From the NCBI GenBank assembly GCA_002633005.1, contig NMRA01000295.1, positions 376,240-440,239 on the forward strand: a stretch of 64,000 bases of DNA. The letters are read 5' to 3'. The position numbers and the translations under genes are program-made. The DNA is from Phoronis australis (taxonomy: Eukaryota > Animalia > Phoronida). Positions 1-11,942 of the stretch are shown here, one piece after another (position 1 is the stretch's first letter; every line of letters begins with the position of its first letter). The notes beneath the pieces are model-generated. The model did no database searches, was not told the DNA's origin, and saw nothing but the letters and a program-made list of their open reading frames with translations.

Positions 1-3000
1 TAACACGTGTACCACCCTGGTACGACCCGGTAACGGTAGCACCTTCTCAAATAACCCTCCGCGAATACTGGACTGCTACTTAGGGCTCTTTGGAACCCTT
101 GAGTATGCCTGTAAAACATCTTGCAAGAGACATCGACCCATTACAAAACAGAAATTATGGATAAAGCTTTGCAAATGAGCCAATACGACAGATAACGCAA
201 TACCTCCTTTCCTTTCTATTTCTGGCCGTCTCATAAATGTTTGCGTGTGCTTTTCAATTGGTCATAGTTGGGAGAATTAAAAAGTACGTATAAAACTTTC
301 AATGTTAACGCTTCTTATGGCGAGGTACTCTGGTGGATGTTTGCCTACAGAGGGCATTCTGGTAAACAGGCATTTCATATTTTGACTTTCTCTTATTGCA
401 ACTATGGCAAGCTCTGTGTTCCCAGACAATCTCTGTATCTACCTTCACTGATCTTTATTTTTAAACTGCGCATGCTTGAAGCAAGTAATACTCGAATATT
501 ATGTAATACCAGACAGGAAGGACATTTTCCATAAAAAAGTCATTTTTAAACAGTGCTTACACAGACTTAGTCTGATTGACAAATCAGAATCAAATCATGG
601 CACTTTTCACTCGGAATTTACAGACAATTTACTACACCTTGGGTCATATAGACTGGAACAAAATCTGGAGTAAACGGTAAACCCTCAACATCTAGTCCCC
701 CGAAAATAATCTTTTCAAAACGCTCAAACTTTAAAAAAGAACGATTTTTGACTGTGTGTCGCACAAAAACAACCCATCTGTGGGCTCTGCTCTGCACTAT
801 TTCTTGCTGTCAGCAGCGAACCTTGGTTTAATCATTGCCGTTTGTCGTGGTTTGTATTTTGGGTGGTGAGTAATGAAAAAATGTCCCTACACTTTGTTTG
901 TCTAACTCTGCAGGTTTAGCTGAATACGGTTTCACGCCAATTTCTGTTCATGTTTTTAAGACTCTCTTTATCAAACACGCACTGGTCCTTAGAAAACCAA
1001 CTCAATTCTGAAGACAGTAGAATTCGCGATAAAGAGATAACTCGTACTTTTTCTTTTAAGCGGTGTTGTCAGCTCGAATGTTTCTTTCTTGCGAAGGCAA
1101 TAAACCACAGCAATTTGTCGAAGGTCTTTGACTTCGACCATTTGCTGTCATGAAATCAGTCTCTTCTAGTTCAGAACTAAGATTCTGATTTGACGTGCAG
1201 GCTTGGAAATAATTGACAAGCCAGACCCACTTAAGTTGCATGTCACGGTGGTTTAGTTTCAGTCGTCAGGGAAGATCGGCCGCCAGGGGAAATCTCGGCG
1301 AACTGAATTAACCAATTTCAAGGATAAGAGCTCGGCGAATTTTTGATTAGAACAAATACTGCTTTAATGAAAGTTGCTGTTTTTTATCACCAGGATACGA
1401 CTGATGACGGCTTTACAAAACTTGGTATATCATCAGTAATTGGTCAAGTGTTCATAAAAACGCATTGCATTCATTTAACGTATTTCCTTGTTTCGAAACT
1501 TTCCCAATTCGTCTGAAAACATCCAGAGAGCGCAAGCACAAGCTGGGGCGTCTAAAGCGCTACCTATAGGTGTCCAGTATCGGACGCGCAGTTGACATGA
1601 TCCCGGATTTGAGCCTGGAACCTTGTAAGTCTCAGTTTACATTTGTCTCAGTTCCGTCTTCTGAAAAACTTTTGCCTGATGTCGTCTATAAACTGTGTAT
1701 AAAGTAAATAACGGAAATACTGACAAAAGCGTGTTTCCTATTCTGAGCGGAGAAAAGCTATCTAGAGCAATCTACCTCAGGACTCCGACTGCCGTAAATA
1801 TATACACTACTCAAAACGTTTTATTTGTAATCTGTTATATGATGTTCTTCTATGATTTTAATAGTAAAAATGGATATTTTTCAACAAAAATGTGGCGCAT
1901 TGGCCCTGTAAAACTGGAAAATATTTTTTCCACGCCGACCTACCAGCAATCTCAGGTCAGTGAGTGGCTATGATGAAGTAAGGCGAGGGAAACGAACTGA
2001 AATTGACTTTTTTAACGAGGGTCCCAATTTTTGAAAGCAAACAATTTCCTCCTTATTTTCCCAATTCGAAACTTCAAATGAATAATGTCCGTTTGGGCAT
2101 ACGTTCAGTTGACGTACTTGCCTTTTTCATTTTTATTGTAATTGCAAGTTTTAGGTGATAGTCAACGTATCCTCGCCGCTGTAGTTCCAAAACGTAGTGA
2201 TCTCGAAAAAAAACCCTAAAGTGTCCTGAAAAATAGGCTTTTTGTTTGCGTCGGCCTCCGATCAACTGCAAGTGAAACTACCGAAGGGAAGGGCAATGTA
2301 TTTTGTGGTGGTGCGTACGCGGCGCTCAGCATCAGTATACTCTAGCAAGAATCAAGTTTTGATATGCAAGTTTGTTTATGAGATCGATTTCTGTCTTACA
2401 GTTTCATTTTGCGTAACAACAAACTTGGAGCCATTGTCAAAAGAAAAGAATCCATTTGGATTAGTTCGGAAGTCGGACATGTTGTGAACTTAAACACTGC
2501 GCCATCTATTGACTACGCTGAGGATCGACTTGCACTGTGTTTGCGCCGTTGTTGCACCGGCTTTTATATTGCGTGTTTATTTTCTCACAATTTAAATCGA
2601 ACCGGCGATTGACATTTTAAAATGAACAAATGCGCTATCCAAGTATTATGTTTCACAAAAACGTGTTTCAAAACTGTTCACGGAGAGTGCGAAATCGTAG
2701 TCTCATTCTGAGCACACATACCTAAGATTAAACTCTGAATTAAGCCCTGCAGTCATAGACATTACTAGAATAAGTTAAGGCTGACGAAAAGAACGAAATT
2801 TCAGTTTTTATCATAACTGTATAGCCAATGTACACGCTGACTTCAAAACAGGAATCATGCACTAAGCCTCATTATCTAACCCAAACAGACTTAGACTCAA
2901 ACCCAACCAATCACGCAACGCGATTCGAGTACAGATTCGTAAGTTTACTCGATGCGTGGCATTCCATTGGCTAGTTTTTCTAGTCGAGTTCCGATAGACC

Positions 3001-3506
3001 CCAAGTGTAAATACTGTGACTCCTTGTCGCTGTTGTTGTGGTTGTTTTCTCGTATTAACTCATTCCCTAAACTTTTTGAAATACTACTCTTTTGAGACGG
3101 CTTATTTACGGGAAATTGTCCTTGTCGATTGTAGTTCGCATTATTTTAATCGATTACACAACAGTTCCAACACACAGCCACTGAATCTGTGTGTGAAAAT
3201 TGAAAATAAAAACTGTTAGGTTGTAAATTAAGCAACAAGATTTGTTACTAACAAAAGAATTTAGAAATGGCTGAACATGTGAAAGTTGGGTGTTAAAATA
3301 CGTCGAGTCAGAAGAAATGACAAAACTTTATCGCTCTAGCAATCAATTGCGGAAAAGGATCTGATGATCGCGAACAAGAATTTGTCGAATCTGTAAAAAA
3401 TAATCTACTGATAGATGATCAGTTTCATTTTTAACTCAGTGGTTTCAGTCAGAATGGTGGAAATCCTGTTCGGGTCGAGCACTGGTCTCAAGTTCCGTGA
3501 GTCTTG

Positions 3507-3700
3507 TTTTGCGATAAAGCCAGATGATCAAGATTCAAATACTCAAGTGCATGGTGTAAACATGGCATACTGTTTTAATTGGAGATAAAAACAACACATG
3601 TTCAATTCTTTATTTTTGCGATAAATCCAGATGGTTCTCGTTCATTTTTTTGAGTGTTGTAAACATAAGGTATCAGTTTTCATTGGAGATGAAGCATCAA
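3507..3700. repeat. Diverged ~107-bp tandem duplication
   Basis: TTTTGCGATAAA.CCAGATG and TGTAAACAT...TTTT.ATTGGAGAT each occur twice about 103-107 bp apart. Confidence 0.65.
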
Positions 3701-3817
3701 CAACACATTAACAACGACGACAACAAAGAACAACAATATTAACAACAACTCAACAACAACGACACAACAGTAACAACATTGGCATCAACAATAACAACAG
3801 CAGTAACAATAACAAGA
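3697..3817. repeat. Degenerate (CAA)n microsatellite
   Basis: Runs of CAACAA/CGA/TAA triplets; explains the poly-Leu chance ORF 3750-3941(-). Confidence 0.85.
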
Positions 3818-5072
3818 ATACGACATATTTCATTTCTTTTATCATTGTGTTCACAAAAATCAAGGAAAGAGTCCAGGATGGTGTATTCTGCCTACCTGTC
3901 TGATACATGGAGCTGTTTATAGCATTGTGCCATAGAGGCAAGGGAGCTCTCAGGTCAGCAAAGGCCTGTCGGACAACGGCGAGTCTTGGCTTTGCGTAAT
4001 AAAATCAAAAATCACAACGAATTTTATTTTTTATTTGTCAATTCAAAAGTTATGTCTTCGAGTTTATCCCATTCACTAATTTTCCCAAAAAAAACGCTTT
4101 ATTATGAAATCTTTTACATTTTGTGAACGTTTGCTTTGTGTAATTGAATTATGCACACAATATTTCTGACAAATGTGATCCCCACAGTTAGTTTTCATAT
4201 ATCGTAGAATTCTAGGGGAAAGCGACAATTACACATTCTTAAACTAAGTTTACGAAAATCTCACGCGTCCTTATCCTGATGCTAGTTTATTTAAAATCGG
4301 CTGCGATACCCTTAAGCGTATTGCTGTCCGAGATTTAAATGATCATTCTCGTTCATTCACGAGGGACGTTGCAATTCGGACGCGAGCAGAAAAAAGTTAA
4401 ACCCGCCCTTGAGTTCTAGTCTGCGGAAACATCCGTGGTTAATTGCCGCCGCTTAACTCGCCAGCAGAAGTTTCGGTACGTGCGCATAATAGTGTCCCAC
4501 ATATGGTTACTTACCACGAATCTCCATTTAGTAACCCGCACACATCATCATTTACCTTAGGTGTATAACACATGTAAATATTGACGCACATATGGTTTGT
4601 TGCGCTTGCACGTTTCAATTGCACAGATATACAGTGTACAGTACTGTTGTGGAGTCTAACCTACCCCAAACTAGGCAATTACATCGCACTGGATGCCGCA
4701 GGCATACAGGGGCGATAAAACATCCCCACAAAAAGTTACGAATTTCAAAATACAGGAAATAAAATCAAATGAAACATGCATATACGGACACGGAGTTATA
4801 TTTAACACATACCATAAGTCTGGAGACGATTCAGTCAAGATAATTTGAAGAAATCAATGAAAATCTGTCGCGGTTTGCTCGAGTTTCTCTTACCGGGTGC
4901 CATTTTGAGGAAAATTACGCATGTTGATGAATAAAAAGTCCAAGGAACACAAATCTTACAAATTTCACCTGTTACCTTCCCATGCTATTTTGCAAGTGTC
5001 ACGCGCCAGCGTATCGCACTTCGTTCAGTTCGCTAGACTTTGACTAACTCACGTAACTCAGTAAAATGCTTT

Positions 5073-5632
5073 CTCACTGGTTCCCTGCGTGCCGCGCCAG
5101 CACGCAGATTTCACTTAATTTTTCTCGGGAATATTTTTTATACCGGCGTTTCTGATTAGCTAGTCGAATTCTCAACAGGCAGCGCTTTACGCAAACAAAC
5201 TGACATGACTGATGGACTGAAGTGTAAATGTGGTCTGTTGTATATATAGACAATTCGGTGCTTCAAATTTATGTTCAGGAAATCTGAAGCCTAGAAATTG
5301 TGATTTAGCCTTTTCAGAATGCATCTTTCTACTGTCGATGACTTTTGTTTACGATAGTGTCCTGTATTCATACAGTATGAATAACACACCTGTTAAATCG
5401 GTCAGATATGTGTTTATTGTGCACGCGGCTATTAAACATCACTGCAGAAAGGAAATAGTTACTGCGACGCCACTTGCATGACAAGGCTGAAAATCGTTCA
5501 CAATCCGCTATTTTTTCACGGTGTTGTAAAGGTAACCAATGACTGCCGAGGCTACATCGACCAATGCTAAAGCGCGTGCCACTGCGTGATACCTGCGTGC
5601 TGGCTGGGCTATGCACGCAGGGAACCAGCGAG
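5073..5632. mobile_element. ~560-bp TIR element upstream of SK exon 1
   Basis: Left CTCACTGGTTCCCTGCGTGC..GCCAGCACGCAG and right CTGCGTGCTGGC..GCACGCAGGGAACCAGCGAG are ~35-40-bp inverted repeats. Confidence 0.68.
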
Positions 5633-8600
5633 GAAATACTTTATGGTTATCGCTTGCGTGGTGAAAAAGTTAACGGAGACCACAAAAGGAGAGTTGGAAT
5701 TCTTCGTCAAAGTCACCTTAATTCTCGTAACTAAGCTTCAGTCGAATATATGTGTAAAAGTAGAAATGACCACTGAAGAAAGTAGGCGCTTTTTTTAAGT
5801 ACCAGCGTTGTAGTTAACTAAACAAGCGTTATTCTTTTGTTGCTATCTGGTTCGTTTTGTCAATTTCGTTCGTAACGACGTCTGAGGTGGCACGGTAATC
5901 ATTACCCAGAGCTTTTTCGGTAAAATCAGTCACAAAGCCGCCAGTTACAAGAACGATTCTTTCCAAGCATCGACCCGTGGGTGTCAGTTTGTCCCTCAAG
6001 CTGGAGACGAAGTGATAGGACAGACTGACTGCTTAAAGGCGGAGTGCCCGTCGCGGCTCTCTCTGGCTGCCTTTGCTGACGTCATCCTCTTTTTGTTTGA
6101 AACCGCCACTGTGGATGTGACCGATAACCGATCTTTTCTGATATTACGAAACCAAAAGTGAAGAGAAATAGCAAGTTTTGCGTGAATCTCATTGTTTCAT
6201 AAGAGACACGGGTCAATCGTCAACTTAGGTATTTTATTTTCTGTTCAATAGTTTGTAGTAAGTAAGTCTTTGTTTAATATCCTAAATCAGCTTAGCCAGA
6301 GTCCTGTTAATTGGCCAAGGCCGCTTCCATTGAGTGTTTTCTCTGCAACAAACTGCAGAGAAAATCAAATTGCATACTACTAAATTCTAATGAATGTATT
6401 TAAACATATGTACAGGTCCACTGAATTTACTGATATCCGAGTGTAAGGCCAGCAAGTAATGAAATATTTATTTTATTGTCATATTGTCTTTCGTGCAACT
6501 TTTGCAACAACTGGCCCTTGACGATAGACAGACAGTGCGACAAAATGACAAACTTGTGATTAAACTGAATAAATCGAAGTCAAGCCGTGTGGTACAACGA
6601 GACTTGGCTGAAAGAAAGTCTGATGTCAATTTATACTGATGTATGGCATTCATAAATGTATTATCAGTCAATTTGTGCGCTATCAGTGACATTAATAACA
6701 TGAAAATGAAACGAAAATAATTGCATCTAAAATGTTCAACGTGGCCTTGTTATGTCAAACGTAGCATGCATGACACGTGTTCATTAACCCAGCACTTGGA
6801 CTGATATATCAGCAATTATGTATTGACCTTTTTTACATTGTTCTAAGGAGATTCGACACAGTTTACCAAAAAGCGGTTAAGCAGTCGTTGTTTTACGGTT
6901 TTGATTTAACTGTAAAACATTTAATGACGATTTTTATTTCAAATAACGAAGACAATTTAATTAATGGCATAATAGCTATGTAGTGAAACGGAGTGGTGTA
7001 ACCGTGATCCGGAAATTGGCGCGCTTTTGAGAAGGTCGCATTCTTATGTGACACTGTTTGAGCTAAAACAGCTGAAAGTCGGTGACCCCCCTATTTTTCT
7101 TATTTCATAGAAAACACAAAATAAAACACAAAAGAAGCAAGTTACGGTGAAAGTTTTTGCGTAGAAGCCAAAAAATGAAATTCGAGGTACTCGAAATCCA
7201 AAAAAAATATTGTACGCGAACGTAAGAAAATCAGGGAGACCGGGAAATATGCATAACGCCATACAACGAAACTGTTCCGTTTCCAAAATAATTTCAATCA
7301 TAAACTAAGTAGAGATGACTTCTCGGGAAACTCATGTAAATTTTACATTTTGCCAAAGGGGCCATTGTTAAGGTCTCTTTAAGAGGAAAACTAATTTTGT
7401 GATCCGCACATTTTTGTCTATAGGAGACTAATAGTAGAACGAAAAAATACAAAAATTCAAGGATGAATTAAAATTGCGTCGAACATTGTGAAGGAAATAT
7501 CTAACGAATTAATTAATTATTCAGTAATTTAGTCCACGAGGTGGCCCATTGATCACTTTTCACATTTTGGTGACACTTCTGTTGTTCTTGAAGAGTTAAC
7601 AACGTTATGGAAAATAATTATTTTTAAAATCAAATTATCTGTCTTTTTCTTTTAGTCTACTAACACACCAACCAAAGCTCATCTTGGGCATTCTAATGAT
7701 ATTAATCTCAAGCATTTCGGTTGGTTGGAAATGGTCACGTGGAGTTACAAGCAGCCTTAGCGGCAATAAGGTTAAAAAGGGGAACATTTTCTCATTGGCG
7801 CATTGACCTAGGTATGCATACATGAGTTTGGTTTCGTCTTAGAAAACAGGTGGCGCTTGAGCATGTAGACAAACGTTTTCGTTGTGACATGTAATAGTCA
7901 TTTGTACTCCTATGCTTGATCTCTTCACGAATGCACCAGTTTTAGGCATGGTGTTAAGATTAATCCATAGGGTGACTGAGGAGGGCGGCAGGTCGGCTGA
8001 CACGACGAAAGAAAAAAAAAAACTCAGCCGGTGCGTCGTCTTTTAGGATTTAGGTGAACAATTTTCTTTCGGAAAATGTGATTGTCCGCTTTGCATCAGT
8101 GGATTGAGGTTAACGGCAACGGATTTAAAAATATATTTTAGTTGATGAGTATTATATTAGTTTGAGCTCAATGAATATAAAAAATAGACTCTCAGAATAA
8201 ACACCAGAGTCCAAGAGCAAAGGTACAAAAAGCGTCGACAACGCTTGCATGTGCAAACGATATCTAATGGTGTTTGTTGGGAAAAGCGAAAACGTACTTT
8301 CTGCTACCCGTATCGCTTTTCCTGTCATGTTGGTACTGCACTCATCAGTAGAACCTGAAGATGTTAGCATCTAATCCTACAGATTACAAGTCGTCGGATG
8401 AATTAATCGCTGTGAACCTATTTGTCACAAGTGGCATTCAGTCTGACTATCGGATAGATTTAAAGATCGCTCCATAAAGAAAGCAAAAATCACATTGACA
8501 TCCGACGGCTTAGTGAAGAAATTTACCCAGAGAGTGACGCGATATTTACTTAATCCTTTACATGATCAGTCGTCGCGTTTTAAATATCGTGACATTTCGT

Positions 8601-8954
8601 GTTGAAATCTCATCGTCCTGTTTTTGTAAGTTTCAGGGCACAGAAATGAAGACGCGACAAAGCTAGCTATTCGACACGGGTTGCCTGGCTGTCAACAAAC
8701 TGAAGCGTTCAAATGATCTCTGAAACGAACGGAATCGATATTTTTCAGATCACGGAGATATGCCAGGTTGTTTTCAATATATCGCACACACATTGTTGCC
8801 TTGTGTTATACTTAGCGGTATTTAAACACATTTGATTTTCTCAAATTATTGATGCAACGTCCGCGTGTTTAAACAAACCATTAATTTATTCCACACATCT
8901 GAATATAACATGGCCTAAATAAAAAACCTGTGATTGGCTGAAAGCTCGTGAACT

Positions 8955-9938
8955 ATGACGACAATCGCCGTTGTACCAGCCAATGAGAATAGGTGTATTG
9001 ACTCTACAGAGGATCTGCTGCAAGAGGCTTCGAGTGAGTGCGAGCCATCGATAAAAACAGATACGCGCACCGATAAGAAGCACTCGAGCGAAGATGACGG
9101 CGAAAACCCGGATAACAGCGCCGCGGAAATGTACACAAATATTTTCGAGGTAAAAAAGGAGACAAACGGCGACACGGGTGACACGAAATCTGGACAGATA
9201 AATTGCGGGTATACAGACATTGAAATGCAGGCGATTTCTAATAACAACATGCATACGGAGGAAAACGGTGACGGGGTCGGGGATAAAAAGCATAATTCGA
9301 ACTCAAGCTTGCCTCCTATTGTTAAAAATTCTCGAGGACATTTAACAAGTACTCCGTCGACGACAAGCACGTATCAACAGACGGGAACGACACTGTCGCC
9401 GTCCCTGAGCAAGCTTAGGGATTTCTCAAAATCTCGTAGTACCACGGTGGATTCGTCACACTCAAGGTCAAATCCGCACTCTAGGTCCAGCTCGCGGGAA
9501 ATGAGTGAACCTGTCATTGATGGTTGCACGCAGACGGATCTGCACCGGTACCTAGAACATGACCATCGCATGAAGGAAAAGGACTCAACATTATCCGACA
9601 TCGGTGTCGACTACATGCGCGTAAATGGAGCCATACGGCCATTCAAACAATTACAGAAACCTGTTTCGATCCAAAGCATCCCTCAAGCCGCTAAACAAGG
9701 ACAAACTTTACACTATTCATCGGAGGACGCAAATTCCGCCCTAATGAGCGTCAGCGTGGACTACGTTCAACAAGCCCCTAAGCAGAGCAAACCCAATATC
9801 GGGTACCGCCTGGGCAAGAGAAAGGAGTTGTACGAACGGCGGCGGAAGTTGTCCGACTACGCGCTCGTGTTTGGAATGTTTGGTATCGCCGTGATGGTGG
9901 TGGAGACGGAATTGTCCAATGCTCAAGTCTATGAGAAG
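8955..9938 (+). CDS. KCNN: SK/KCNN channel coding exon 1 (long N-terminus + S1)
   Basis: ORF ends ...[50 protein letters not shown], the SK pre-S1/S1 signature. Donor AAG|GTAAGC at 9938/9939, 984 bp, phase 0. The start is the first in-frame ATG; an upstream exon cannot be excluded. Confidence 0.93.
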
Positions 9939-11472
9939 GTAAGCAATTTAAAATAGCTCGTGTTGTTTGCACGAATCGACAGACGTGTCAGGTATGCATA
10001 AACCTCGTATTACGATTACCTGCAGGTGTTTTTGATAGTTCTGACCCCGAGGTGTTGTTCCTAGACAAACCTAGGGGTGGTTCAAGATCTCCTCCACCTC
10101 TTTCTTTCTGTAGAAACGATATTATCTTCACATGCCCTACCTTTAAACATACCTGTAAAACAATCGTGAGAATTAGCAATTTGTTAAAATTCCGTGTTTT
10201 GAGACTCGCTTTGCGCTACCGTCAAACTGGTTCGAAAACGTTTTCAATATTTTATTATTGAATCAGTTATACAGCATTGATCAGACATCGTTCGCGAAAT
10301 TCGTTTATCTGCCTCACTGCTTCAGTGCTCAATTCATCTGGATCACTTGTACACAAGAAGTGTTTCCGTGGGTACACTTATAATTGACGTTTGTAGACCA
10401 GTTTGCGTCTGATGGAGAACACGCGTTCATGCCTGCAGCTCCGAATCTTTTAGTTTCTACAAATGCCAGGTGTAAAGACTCGAACACGTTGCTCAAACTC
10501 TCTAATCGCTTGCGACGAGAGACTTACTATCAGGGACTAAGTGAATGATCAAAATTCAAAATGGATATAAGACCACTGTATCAAAACTATGTGGATTAAA
10601 ACTATAATTCAAAAAGGTTTGATTAACAAGGTGCTAAGACCAAAGCGAAATCCTACTGCCATATGCAGGCTATTTTTATGCCGAGGCATGACTTCACGCG
10701 AGGATCGAATTATGTTGCCAACATGCAGGTTACCTATTTGAAAGCACCTGTCGGCATGCAGTTAAATTACATCCTTGTCTTTTCTTGGATATCACTCCTT
10801 TCAAAACACCGATTTTAGTTACTTGTTGTCATAACAAAAGCACTGTTGCCAAATGATTTTGTGGGTTCCAGTGAAAAGTTCAAAGGCCCCTTTTCAAGTC
10901 TTGTTAATTAGGTAGGGATTCGTTTGCTTGTTAGGAGCGGTTCAAGTTGCAGTAACAATCTCGTTTGTCGACCTGGCAATTTATCGTTATGTCGAAACAG
11001 TTTCACGTTATTTTAATTAGAACACGTGCTCATTCCTCATGCCAGTCTACTAGCCGTAGTGAATTTGTAGTACAATATGTATATATTGGTTCTTTCACTG
11101 ACAGTTCACAGCCGATCTTTATTCAACCACACACTGCAAGAACAGTTAAACCGCGGCGAGTGTGTGTTTTGTTTAGATCGATGATAGCTTGTACAAGTAC
11201 ACGTACTAGCGCTGGTACATCTACCTTGCCTGAGATCGTCCGTACCTCTGAGTTTAAGCATCGACACATCATATGGTATTCTGATTATTTTGCGCCGAAG
11301 AATAATCTAACATCGGGCTCTGTTTTATTTTCGTCATTACGGTTTCTCGAAGATATCTAAACACCGTTTGAAGATTGTTTTTGCATTTTGAGTTCTTAAT
11401 AACTAAACAAGCGAGTGCACTCTGCAACGTTTGGATTCCACTCCACGTCGCATTCGTTCGAAGTTTAGCAGC

Positions 11473-11942
11473 ATTGAGTCGAGTGGCCAGAAAGGTCATG
11501 ACATTTGAACCCTAATAATCAGTAATGGTTTTAATCCTCGAGCGGAATTGAATGCAGAGGTTCAACAGTTTTTACAACATCCATTCGAATATGCTCAGTA
11601 CAACGGCCAAGAGCGGGCGAGAATAAATATCTGTTTCTAATTGGACAGACGTGGTCGCGGTGCGCCTATTTCATAACGCTAAACCCTCGTGAGAGACCGC
11701 CCCGAGATGGATGCTGGAGCAACTCGGGGCGGTCTGGGATCANATTGAGTCGAGTGGCCAGAAAGGTCATGACATTTGAACCCTAATAATCAGTAATGGT
11801 TTTAATCCTCGAGCGGAATTGAATGCAGAGGTTCAACAGTTTTTACAACATCCATTCGAATATGCTCAGTACAACGGCCAAGAGCGGGCGAGAATAAATA
11901 TCTGTTTCTAATTGGACAGACGTGGTCGCGGTGCGCCTATTT
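11473..11942 (+). repeat. Exact 199-bp direct duplication flanking an N (likely assembly overlap)
   Basis: 11473-11671 equals 11744-11942; N at 11743. Confidence 0.9.

Noticed and set aside
1400-1438. CTGATGA motif suggesting a hammerhead (also at 3361, 30094, 32104 and minus 8341, 63306)
   Set aside because: No stem II followed by GAAA and a cleavage triplet; the 1400 site is only an 8-bp inverted repeat.
268-8400. Short ORFs upstream of SK as a separate gene
   Set aside because: No recognisable domains or coherent exon chain; lengths fit chance ORFs.
8886-9972. Several minus-strand ORFs overlapping SK exon 1
   Set aside because: Antisense shadows of the real coding exon with no recognisable protein features.
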